Source of the DNA: an uncultured virus (IMG/VR IMGVR_UViG_3300025770_000015)
Lineage: Duplodnaviria > Heunggongvirae > Uroviricota > Caudoviricetes
Direction: 5' to 3' (one strand)
Length of the DNA: 20,000 bases
IMG/VR virus record: IMGVR_UViG_3300025770_000015
The notes beneath the pieces are model-generated. The model was not told the DNA's origin. It saw nothing but the letters and a program-made list of their open reading frames with translations, and did no database searches. A program made the translations under genes and the position numbers. Below are positions 9,568 through 17,407 of the stretch, one piece after another (the stretch's first letter is position 1; each line of letters opens with the position of its first letter).

Positions 9568-10403
9568 TTGAACAAGCGTATATTGATCGCATTTATGCAC
9601 GACTTACGGAGATGGATGTCGTGTTAGACGCAGATCCTATTGAGTTTGGGCCTAGTCGGTTAAATTATAAAGTGTCTATCGTGCGTGGACACCTTTCCTC
9701 GACTGAAAAGATTTTCATGGAAGTCAGCCATAACCTCCAAAAATTCAAGCGTGATCTGTTGATCAAAAATACCGAGTATTCACTTGAGCAAACACAGCTC
9801 ATTGCTAATGATCCTCATGTGCGTTCGGGTCGATCTCAAAAAGAGCGAGAAGCCTTAGCGGCAACTCGACTTGTCCATATCCAATCTAAGATCAACGACC
9901 ACACGCTCTCCTCACATGACCTTGAGGACTTGATGACGGTTATCAAGGCAAAGCGTACAGACCTTAAAGACATTCAAGGTCGATTACGAGATCAGCTCAA
10001 GTTATGCCAAGAACAGATCGCTCTTGGACAGCGTTGGGGTTCAAAGACAATGACCTCTAAGACATTCAATGATCCGAATGTTATCTCTACTGAAGTCAAC
10101 ACAGCTAAACTTGTCGATCAGTTTATCACTCAGCGTCAAAACGCAGAAGCCAAAGTCGACCAGCAGGCTGAACAAATGACACAGGCAGAGCAACTATCAG
10201 TCAAGCGAGAATCAATATCTGCTGATGATGAACTTGCAGTCGCTTTGGCTCAAGCACCAACAGAAAGCACCCCTTTAAATGGCACAAATACCACAGCCAA
10301 TGAGGATGAGATCAATGGCTTTGTAAAGACTCCTTTGGAGGATATTGATACGAATGTTGATGCGATTGACCTTGACGACCTTTTTGCTGAGTTTGGTGGG
10401 TAG
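9564..10403 (+). CDS. Coiled-coil protein with acidic C-terminal tail (possibly a UvsY-like recombination mediator)
   Basis: RBS GGAG and ATGA coupling. The long helical region contains SQKEREALA and the protein ends in DAIDLDDLFAEFGG. The function is an inference. Confidence 0.6.
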   Translation: MIEQAYIDRIYARLTEMDVVLDADPIEFGPSRLNYKVSIVRGHLSSTEKIFMEVSHNLQKFKRDLLIKNTEYSLEQTQLIANDPHVRSGRSQKEREALAATRLVHIQSKINDHTLSSHDLEDLMTVIKAKRTDLKDIQGRLRDQLKLCQEQIALGQRWGSKTMTSKTFNDPNVISTEVNTAKLVDQFITQRQNAEAKVDQQAEQMTQAEQLSVKRESISADDELAVALAQAPTESTPLNGTNTTANEDEINGFVKTPLEDIDTNVDAIDLDDLFAEFGG

Positions 10404-10490
10404 GACACTCAAGGTAGAGTTCTTTTGCATTGAGCATGACCTGAAGGGCATTAAACAAATCTTATAGAAGAGACTCGATAAAGAAGATTT

Positions 10491-10514
10491 AAGGGTTCGT
10501 CTTTGAACCTTTTT
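10491..10514 (+). terminator. Probable intrinsic terminator
   Basis: AAGGGTTC-GTCTTT-GAACCTTTTT, downstream of the 9564-10403 gene. Confidence 0.5.
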
Positions 10515-10606
10515 CTTGTCTCTTTGATTTCTCTGACTGGCTTCGCTGAATCTTCGCTACAACAAAGCGTACAGCATATCAATAGTATATAAGTCAGTTT
10601 CATCAG

Positions 10607-10643
10607 AAAAACCCCCCATTGTTAAATTATGAACATAGGGAGT
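10607..10643 (-). terminator. Probable intrinsic terminator
   Basis: The minus strand reads ACTCCCTATGTTC-ATAATTT-AACAATGGGGGGT-TTTT, just after the stop at 10660. Confidence 0.6.
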
Positions 10644-10659
10644 ATTTAATGATTATAAA

Positions 10660-11196
10660 TCAAATCTTGAGTGGGTCTCCGTTGTCGTCAAAAAGACGCT
10701 CAACATCAAATGAACCATCCTCTGATACTTTCATGCTCCATAGGTCTTTGGTCGCTTTGTGTACAAGAGTGGACTCACCACCTGCTTGACTTAAAAAGCT
10801 CGCTGAAAGATTAGGTCCACTCAACACAATAAAGTGGTCATTGATGTTTGCCACTTTCATACTCGCTACACGCAAAAAGTTAGCAGGAATACGATCAATC
10901 TTATTCCGACCATCGAACTTAACGAACACTTCACCATCAAGAGAGGTAACATCACCTGTTGCGGTCTTAACAGATACAACAGTTCCCTTAGTACCAGATG
11001 TCGGTAGTTGTCCAGGTAGTATAACACCGTTATTAGTGTGAGATACTACACGCATACCGTCATCAAAGTTAAGTGCTTCTCTTGTGTTCTGACGACCACG
11101 ATCTGTTAGATCAGAAATCCTAGTTTCAAGAACCGCGTCCATGCTTGAGGTCTTTTGAAACGACCCGAATACAATGTCATTTTCTTTCATAACCAT
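10660..11196 (-). CDS. Hypothetical protein, probably late-expressed or virion-associated
   Basis: 178-aa ORF with RBS AGGAG and a promoter-motif variant upstream. It contains KTSS, RVAS and KVAN motifs. Confidence 0.75.
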   Translation of the reverse strand: MVMKENDIVFGSFQKTSSMDAVLETRISDLTDRGRQNTREALNFDDGMRVVSHTNNGVILPGQLPTSGTKGTVVSVKTATGDVTSLDGEVFVKFDGRNKIDRIPANFLRVASMKVANINDHFIVLSGPNLSASFLSQAGGESTLVHKATKDLWSMKVSEDGSFDVERLFDDNGDPLKI

Positions 11197-11235
11197 TCTC
11201 CTATTGTGAATAGAGTGTTTGATTATGTGGGCGAT

Positions 11236-11247
11236 ATAAAGAGACTA
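11236..11247 (-). promoter_or_regulatory. Putative late-promoter motif variant TAGTCTCTTTAT
   Basis: 10/12 match to TAGTTTATTTAT, 39 nt upstream of ATG 11196. Confidence 0.5.
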
Positions 11248-11397
11248 TTAAACTCTCTCGTATTTGAGGACTACCTCAAGGCACTTCTCTGGGTTCATCC
11301 AAAGATCACGCTTTAGGAGTTGTTTGATTTGCTCCTTAATGCTTGTGTGTTTGAGATAAATACTCTCCAACATTCCCATAAGTCCATCGACTCTTTC
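11248..11397 (-). pseudogene. Fragment resembling the C-terminus of a ClpP-type protease
   Basis: An open frame not in the ORF track reads ERVDGLMGMLESIYLKHTSIKEQIKQLLKRDLWMNPEKCLEVVLKYERV*. The HT...EQI.....RD spacing resembles the ClpP C-terminal helices. There is no N-terminal catalytic region. Confidence 0.5.
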
Positions 11398-11820
11398 TCA
11401 TCTACTCTCACGAATAATGTAAAAACCCTCTAACCAAGCTAAAACTAGAGGTCTTAGCGATTTTGTTGCTATTGGGGAAAAACAATCTGGCATTTTCCGA
11501 TGCCCTAAGATGCAGTGGTCTTTTTTATACGAAAGGCAGTGGTCTTTTTCATCACACGCTTTGGATACATCGAGGAGTTTTAGACATCCTCTCGGATCTC
11601 TAAGGTTTTGGTTCATCAGTGGTGTTGTGAACCCTCTCATCGCTTGATCAAGTACTTCGTGAGACACTTCGGGTATTAAACGCTCAACAGATGTTCCTAT
11701 CAAGTCCGAAAACTCTCCCCAATTTGTACTCTCATATGGAAGGATCTTAGCAATCTTAGGGTTATTCCAGTTTTTATCCTTGAGTGTCATAAAGATTAGC
11801 CCATCTCTACGATACATCAT
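11398..11820 (-). CDS. Hypothetical protein with a Cys-rich segment
   Basis: 140-aa ORF coupled to the upstream gene (TAATG overlap), with five Cys in the C-terminal half. Confidence 0.7.
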   Translation of the reverse strand: MMYRRDGLIFMTLKDKNWNNPKIAKILPYESTNWGEFSDLIGTSVERLIPEVSHEVLDQAMRGFTTPLMNQNLRDPRGCLKLLDVSKACDEKDHCLSYKKDHCILGHRKMPDCFSPIATKSLRPLVLAWLEGFYIIRESR

Positions 11821-12140
11821 TAATGATATACCTTTGATTCTTCAATCGCTTTGATCTCTTCTAAGCAAAGGTTAGCTAGGTCTTCTGTTAAGATCCCCTC
11901 TGAGGTTAGATGATCCACCACCAAAGGGAGGACAGTACCTATAAGTAGTACAGGTTGGTTTTCACCTTGGTTGTCTGGAGTTACTACAACCTGCATTTCT
12001 GGGAATATCTCACTGATACCCATCATTCGCCCTATGTAGAACCATATCCTAATTAGTTCTTCTTTAGAATCTGATTGATTGACAATCTGATTAAGTATGG
12101 TCTGCAATACTGTAACAGGATCTATTGAGTCGTTATCCAT
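11820..12140 (-). CDS. Hypothetical protein
   Basis: 106-aa ORF with RBS GAAGGGA upstream. Confidence 0.7.
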   Translation of the reverse strand: MDNDSIDPVTVLQTILNQIVNQSDSKEELIRIWFYIGRMMGISEIFPEMQVVVTPDNQGENQPVLLIGTVLPLVVDHLTSEGILTEDLANLCLEEIKAIEESKVYH

Positions 12141-12190
12141 GACATATCCCTTCTTTTTGTCAGAAGGGATAATATCTAAAGACTACAAAC

Positions 12191-12481
12191 TTACCTTCCG
12201 AACAAACACCTAGATTTTACCTCATTGAGCATGGATTCAATCTTATTGAACTGATCTAAAAATTGTTGGTAAGGTAGAAGCACACTTTCACCACTAAGAC
12301 CATCTAGCATTTCTGAAGCGTCCTCAAGTAGTTTTTGAACCTCACGATTTTCTCTAAGAAATTCATGACCCACAAAATTCTCTTTGATTGAATAGAGTCT
12401 ACCTAGATTTTCATCTAGGTTTTCTTTTACCTTTTGAAACATCTTAGTCTTTGAGAGATGGCGATCAGCGTTTTTCACCAT
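12191..12481 (-). CDS. Hypothetical helical protein
   Basis: 96-aa ORF overlapping the stop of the WGR gene, with AAAGGA upstream. Confidence 0.65.
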   Translation of the reverse strand: MVKNADRHLSKTKMFQKVKENLDENLGRLYSIKENFVGHEFLRENREVQKLLEDASEMLDGLSGESVLLPYQQFLDQFNKIESMLNEVKSRCLFGR

Positions 12482-14214
12482 CCTTTTTTTTTATTCCTTC
12501 TTAGTGAAGCTCTTCTACGACCACCAGTCATAGCACCATCAAGTTTACGCATAAGTTTCTGTAGACTCTTAATTGCATTGCGAGTACGAACCTCAATAGG
12601 TTGACGACCTGCACGACCAGTTCCTTGGATACGGTCAAGTACGAGTTTAATTTCTGAAGCACTCTCTTGTGAAAGCTGATCTCGGTTAGTGCTGAGTGAA
12701 CGCTGTGTTGACATAAGTTGTGCAACAGCCCTCTCATCAACGATACCGTCCTCGTTAAAAGATGTAATCGCCGCACGAATGACAGAGATAGTATCTGTGA
12801 TCATACCCTGTGCGTAAGCGATGTCTTGGTTCTGCCAAGGTCCAGGTGTTGAAGTAAGACCGATAGGGTATTTACCATAGAGAGGTCCACTTTTACGATG
12901 TTCACCACGCTGTGAGAACGCAGAGACATAACCCTTTTTGAGCTTAGACTTGAGTTGCTTTGCAAAAAACATCTCGGCATCATAAGAGTCCATAAATGAT
13001 TTGTCAGAACTGCGACCAGTTGAACCGAGGCGACCATAAAGAATTTCTACTGTTGAACCATTGATGACCATCTCGTAGAACTTGCTCTTGTTCTCAGACT
13101 CACCGATGAGATAAAGCATACAAGAGGTAGCGTCAGCGATTGAGCGACCATCGTGATAAGCAGTGCCTGAGCGAACTCCTTCAAGTTGTGGTTTACCTGC
13201 GGCTTCACGAGTCATGCGAGCTGTACGGTTGAGGTTTCCTTCAAGACGAGCAATCCTCATCTCAAGATTTCTGATTACTTCACTAGCTGATTTACGCATA
13301 GTGTTTCCTTTCTTTAGAAGCCTTCTGACTTCATCTTTAGAATAAGAGTTGTTGAGCCTACGCTCATTTCTGTAGATGAGATGACGCAATCGCTTACGCT
13401 CCTCATCATTGAGTGAATCAATGCCTCTACGCTGACCTTTATTGATAAGCATAAAGTCATCTCGTGATAGATTAACATTGGATTTAAGATCTGCAAGTAA
13501 CTTAGACTCTGGAGAGGACTGACTAGCAATGATCTCTTCAACTACATTCATTTGTCTTTCAGAGAGCTGAATACGATCTTCAGCTTTAGACTTGAGTTGA
13601 GCCAAGAAACGATTACGAGGGTCGAGTTCAAGTGCTTCTTCAATACGAACGAGCTGATTGTTAGGCTGATTTCCAACCATCTGTACAGCATCAAGCTTTT
13701 CGTCTATAACTTCAAGTTGTCTCTCGGAAAGCTCTCGCCCTCCCATAAGCTGGTCATAAAGGCTTCTGTAGAAACGATTTGTTGGTTGCATTGCGATTAA
13801 CTCATTGAGTTTCATCAAGATTTCTTGGTCTGGGTCTTCAATACGCTCTTCAGTATCGATTAGGATCTCTTCTACTCGATACCCAAGAGGTTCTCCGTGT
13901 TCAAGATACTCAAGAATACCTTTCCACCAATCGCTGTTTGGATTAAGTGCAAGTACTGCTTGCACACGATCAATACTCTCCATATCTCGAAATTTCCCTG
14001 GGAAGTCTACCTTTAACTGTATTAAACCCTCCCGTATAGACATACCGTCAATGCTTCTCACAAGAGTCACAAGTACAGAGTCCCCTTTTTTATTCAACTT
14101 GACTTCAAACTCATCAAAGTTGATCAAGGCATTGTCTCTCCTAGACTCCATTTCAAGCATCTCTAGTGCTTCGCCTACTGTGGTATTGTAGAATATAATC
14201 TGGTTTTCTTTCAT
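12475..14214 (-). CDS. Multidomain protein: N-terminal helical repeats, shared leader peptide, WGR domain
   Basis: WGR pattern at aa ~365-430: NKSKFYEMVI...VEILYGRLGSTG...AEMFFAKQLKSKLKKGY. LSERQ repeats are present. Internal ATG 13299 has its own RBS. Confidence 0.8.
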   Translation of the reverse strand: MKENQIIFYNTTVGEALEMLEMESRRDNALINFDEFEVKLNKKGDSVLVTLVRSIDGMSIREGLIQLKVDFPGKFRDMESIDRVQAVLALNPNSDWWKGILEYLEHGEPLGYRVEEILIDTEERIEDPDQEILMKLNELIAMQPTNRFYRSLYDQLMGGRELSERQLEVIDEKLDAVQMVGNQPNNQLVRIEEALELDPRNRFLAQLKSKAEDRIQLSERQMNVVEEIIASQSSPESKLLADLKSNVNLSRDDFMLINKGQRRGIDSLNDEERKRLRHLIYRNERRLNNSYSKDEVRRLLKKGNTMRKSASEVIRNLEMRIARLEGNLNRTARMTREAAGKPQLEGVRSGTAYHDGRSIADATSCMLYLIGESENKSKFYEMVINGSTVEILYGRLGSTGRSSDKSFMDSYDAEMFFAKQLKSKLKKGYVSAFSQRGEHRKSGPLYGKYPIGLTSTPGPWQNQDIAYAQGMITDTISVIRAAITSFNEDGIVDERAVAQLMSTQRSLSTNRDQLSQESASEIKLVLDRIQGTGRAGRQPIEVRTRNAIKSLQKLMRKLDGAMTGGRRRASLRRNKKKGW

Positions 14215-14246
14215 TATAAGACCCCTTTGCTTTTAAAAGGGGGGTT

Positions 14247-14258
14247 ATAAATAAACTA
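14247..14258 (-). promoter_or_regulatory. Putative late-promoter motif TAGTTTATTTAT
   Basis: Exact copy, 32 nt upstream of ATG 14214. Confidence 0.65.
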
Positions 14259-14271
14259 CAAAAAGGAACAC

Positions 14272-14784
14272 ATGAAAATCTTAAAAGTCACAGCCGAAAA
14301 ACAAGAGTCTATCAACAGGACACTCGAAAATATCTTAAGTGAACATCTAATGCTCACACAGATGTACTCTTTCGAGGGGTCAGATAAAGATTTACTACAA
14401 GTCGCGGAGTTTTCTTCTACTTGTCTTGAACACCTTAGTAATATCCTTATTAGCGATACAGACATTACATGGAATTGGAAAGCGTATCAAAAGGCTCGTA
14501 AAGACTTCTCCGAGAAGCCTACCCCTCAAACCAAAGAGAAGTTGATCCTTCATATTCAGTTCAATCTTGGTGTGCATGAGTCATCTCTCCACACAGGGGA
14601 AAAGTGGGAGTTAGTAGAGGACAAAAATGGGTACTTAAAGTTTAAGTCTGTTTACCCTAACAAGTTTCACATAAGTTTGGGTCAGTTAGAGGACTTAAAG
14701 AAATCATATCCGTTTGTTGATGATGTTATATACAATCAAGATGGACTCTACATTCAGTACAACGAGGTGCAAAATGACACATGA
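14272..14784 (+). CDS. Hypothetical protein
   Basis: 170-aa ORF with RBS AAAGGA. Confidence 0.75.
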   Translation: MKILKVTAEKQESINRTLENILSEHLMLTQMYSFEGSDKDLLQVAEFSSTCLEHLSNILISDTDITWNWKAYQKARKDFSEKPTPQTKEKLILHIQFNLGVHESSLHTGEKWELVEDKNGYLKFKSVYPNKFHISLGQLEDLKKSYPFVDDVIYNQDGLYIQYNEVQNDT

Positions 14785-15058
14785 TGAGATAATAACCAAA
14801 TGGCAGTCTTTGTTTACAGACGAGTACGGAGAACCGACACTCACATACCTTGAAGTATCTGAGTCTTGGTATCTATTGATTGATACTTTATGTAGTCAGA
14901 TCCAAAGTCACCTCATGCAAACACCCGATGTCAGCCCTGTGCAGGTCGTTCAAATCAAAGAGAAGTTTGGAGGGTTGAGGTTTTATACTAACAACCAGGA
15001 TCTTTACATAGACGGACTAATTCAAATGGCTGAGGCTTACAGTTACCATATTGTTTGA
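14774..15058 (+). CDS. Conserved phage hypothetical protein (QxKEKFGGLRFY type)
   Basis: The ATG at 14774 follows GAGG and is preferred over the TTG at 14714. The motif VVQIKEKFGGLRFY is common in uncharacterised phage proteins. Confidence 0.75.
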   Translation: MTHDEIITKWQSLFTDEYGEPTLTYLEVSESWYLLIDTLCSQIQSHLMQTPDVSPVQVVQIKEKFGGLRFYTNNQDLYIDGLIQMAEAYSYHIV

Positions 15059-15070
15059 TAGTTATTTTAT
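15059..15070 (+). promoter_or_regulatory. Putative late-promoter motif variant TAGTTATTTTAT
   Basis: 10/12 match, 28 nt upstream of ATG 15099, heading the two-gene unit that includes the portal. Confidence 0.5.
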
Positions 15071-15098
15071 ACTCTCGCTTTCACAAAGGGAGTATATT

Positions 15099-15365
15099 AT
15101 GTCATTACCTAGAGAACGAAAAAGAGCAGATTATCGAGTGATCGCTCGTATCTTGCAACTGAGTCATGGACAGGGAAACCCAAAAGACTCTTTGCTTGAA
15201 AATACTTCTATTGTATTTACTCTAAAGGGGGGGTCATGGGTATTATTCTTTGAAGGACACCCAAAACACAGCAAACTACTTAAAATAGTGATAAAAGCTG
15301 TCGTAAAACATAAGAAGGATCAACATGAGCGAAGAAATAGATGCAAAACCAGTCGGGAAGATTAA
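15099..15365 (+). CDS. Small basic hypothetical protein upstream of the portal
   Basis: The ATG at 15099 follows AAGGGAG and is preferred over the TTG at 15051. Confidence 0.65.
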   Translation: MSLPRERKRADYRVIARILQLSHGQGNPKDSLLENTSIVFTLKGGSWVLFFEGHPKHSKLLKIVIKAVVKHKKDQHERRNRCKTSRED

Positions 15366-17001
15366 ACCTCGATCTAAAGCAACCACTCGTAAGCTCAGTC
15401 CTGCTGAGATGAAATCGAGGGTGAAGATAGCGATGACTACAGGTGGCTCTATGATGGGGTCGGGTGGAAACTTCTATTCTCCAGAGCTATCGACAGACTT
15501 TCTTGAGCTACCTCAAAGTCAAGACGAACAACGCAACTACTTTAGGTTCTTCTATCGCACTGACCCATTCGTTGGTCAGGCGATTGACCTACATACAGAG
15601 CTACCCCTCTCTAAGATCAGATTAGGATTACCTAAAGCTCGCAATAGAGATATGGCGTATGAAGCTCTAAGGTTTTGTGAAAAGTGGTCTAAGCGAGTAG
15701 GTCTTCTTCATCGGTTAATAGAAATCTTACATGAGTTCAATCTACTTGGTGAGGCGTTTGTCTTTTGTGAAGACAATAACCCCGATGTGCCTCAAGAGAT
15801 CACACATAGTGGTCGAAATGTCCTCAAAGAAGATGGCGAAGCGTTTACCGAGTGGACTGAGTATGAGGACGCAGATGAACGAGCTTTCAAATGGCTTAAA
15901 AGGAATTATAAAGGTTGGACTGGTCTTAGAATCCTTCCACCAGAGCAAGTTCACATGGAGAGTTTTCCTTTCACTAGTGAGAAGATCATCCAACTTATTC
16001 CCGATAGTAAAACTCGTGATGTAGTTGAACGAGCTTCGGTTAATGACCCCTCTGCTCTTCGTATCGTGGACTCTATGCCAGGTGATGTTGTTGAAGCTAT
16101 CCGAGATGGTCGCAACATTGATCTCAACACCGATCCCGATCAAGGTTCATTCGTTTACTATATGGCTCGTAAGAAATCACAATATGAGCCTCGTGGACAC
16201 TCTATGCTTGAGCGTTGTCTTCGTGTCCTCGTTTATCGAGATAAGTTAAGACAGGCACAAACCTCAATCGCTTCAAGACACATGACTCCTATCCGTCTTG
16301 TTTATGCAGAGGATATGGATGCGTCTGATGTCGAAGAGTTGAGAGATCAAGTGGATCTTGCATTACAAGACCCAGACTACTCGATCATCGCTAACTTTCA
16401 AGTATCTTGGGAAGAAATGGGTGCAGACTCTCGCTTATTAGAACTATCGGGTGAATATGACATGACCGACCGACAAATGTATGCTGGTCTAGGTGTTACT
16501 GAATCTCTGTTGTCGGGTGAGTCTAGTTATAGTGGCGACAGGATCAACCTAGAAGTCATCAACACACGCTATATGCTTATGCGTGAGGTTCTTCAAGAGA
16601 TGGTTGAGGAGAACATCTTGAAGCCAATGTGTAGACGAATGGGTTTCGTTGAAGAAGATGAAGATGGGGATGAAATTGTCGTACACCCAACTCTTAGCTT
16701 CACTAGACTTGGATTGCGAGATAACCAAGATACCTTTGATGCTCTCTTTAATCTGTATCAGAAGGGTTCATTGGACATTGATGTCATCTTAGAACTTCTT
16801 AATGTCGATCCTATGACCACTAAAGCTAAACTTGAGCGTGATATGTGGACACTCAACGATAGTCAGTTTAATGAGGTTCTTAGAGGGGTCTATGGTGAAG
16901 CTGGTCGTATGTTAGCCGAGAATACCGAAGCGATTGAACTCATCGCTAAGAATCTTGGCTTAAAGTACAACCCACCAGAAGAAGAAGGTGGTCGTTTCTA
17001 A
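15325..17001 (+). CDS. Phage portal protein
   Basis: 558 aa with portal-like architecture: FYRTDPFVGQAIDL, LLGEAFVF, ILPPEQV, ARKKSQYEPRGHSMLERC, AGLGVTESLLSG-ESSYS, ENILKPM and a C-terminal LELLNVDP. RBS AAGGA. Confidence 0.8.
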   Translation: MSEEIDAKPVGKIKPRSKATTRKLSPAEMKSRVKIAMTTGGSMMGSGGNFYSPELSTDFLELPQSQDEQRNYFRFFYRTDPFVGQAIDLHTELPLSKIRLGLPKARNRDMAYEALRFCEKWSKRVGLLHRLIEILHEFNLLGEAFVFCEDNNPDVPQEITHSGRNVLKEDGEAFTEWTEYEDADERAFKWLKRNYKGWTGLRILPPEQVHMESFPFTSEKIIQLIPDSKTRDVVERASVNDPSALRIVDSMPGDVVEAIRDGRNIDLNTDPDQGSFVYYMARKKSQYEPRGHSMLERCLRVLVYRDKLRQAQTSIASRHMTPIRLVYAEDMDASDVEELRDQVDLALQDPDYSIIANFQVSWEEMGADSRLLELSGEYDMTDRQMYAGLGVTESLLSGESSYSGDRINLEVINTRYMLMREVLQEMVEENILKPMCRRMGFVEEDEDGDEIVVHPTLSFTRLGLRDNQDTFDALFNLYQKGSLDIDVILELLNVDPMTTKAKLERDMWTLNDSQFNEVLRGVYGEAGRMLAENTEAIELIAKNLGLKYNPPEEEGGRF

Positions 17002-17013
17002 TAGTTTATTTAT
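17002..17013 (+). promoter_or_regulatory. Putative late-promoter motif TAGTTTATTTAT
   Basis: Exact copy directly after the portal stop, 51 nt upstream of ATG 17065. Confidence 0.65.
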
Positions 17014-17064
17014 GAGTGATCTTAAGTGATCTCTTTAACCACAAACTTGAATGGAGAAACCATT

Positions 17065-17394
17065 ATGAGAAGATCTGCAACCGAAGTTATTAATGACCTT
17101 GAGATGAGAATCGCAAGGCTTGAAAAAGAAGCAAAAGAAGCAAATGATCTTCTTTTTTCGATAAATGAGGATGAGTGGGCAATGCTTGCAGAACTGCACG
17201 AAAATTTATCGAGCCGCGGCCCTTTACAAGATCTAAAGTCAGGTTTGCCAAGTCATGTTCAGAAAGATTTTTCTAAAGTCTTACAACGAGGTAAGAACGA
17301 TTATGTTACAAAGGAACTTTTAAATTACTCAAAGGCGGTACGAGCCGAGCAATCTAAGTTAAAAGATTCACTCGGCAATATTCTGGGTATCTAA
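17065..17394 (+). CDS. Hypothetical protein beginning with the shared leader peptide MRRSATEVINDLEMRIARLE
   Basis: The ATG at 17065 follows GGAG and is preferred over the GTG at 17026, giving 109 aa. Confidence 0.8.
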   Translation: MRRSATEVINDLEMRIARLEKEAKEANDLLFSINEDEWAMLAELHENLSSRGPLQDLKSGLPSHVQKDFSKVLQRGKNDYVTKELLNYSKAVRAEQSKLKDSLGNILGI

Positions 17395-17407
17395 TAAGGT
17401 TTCTTCT

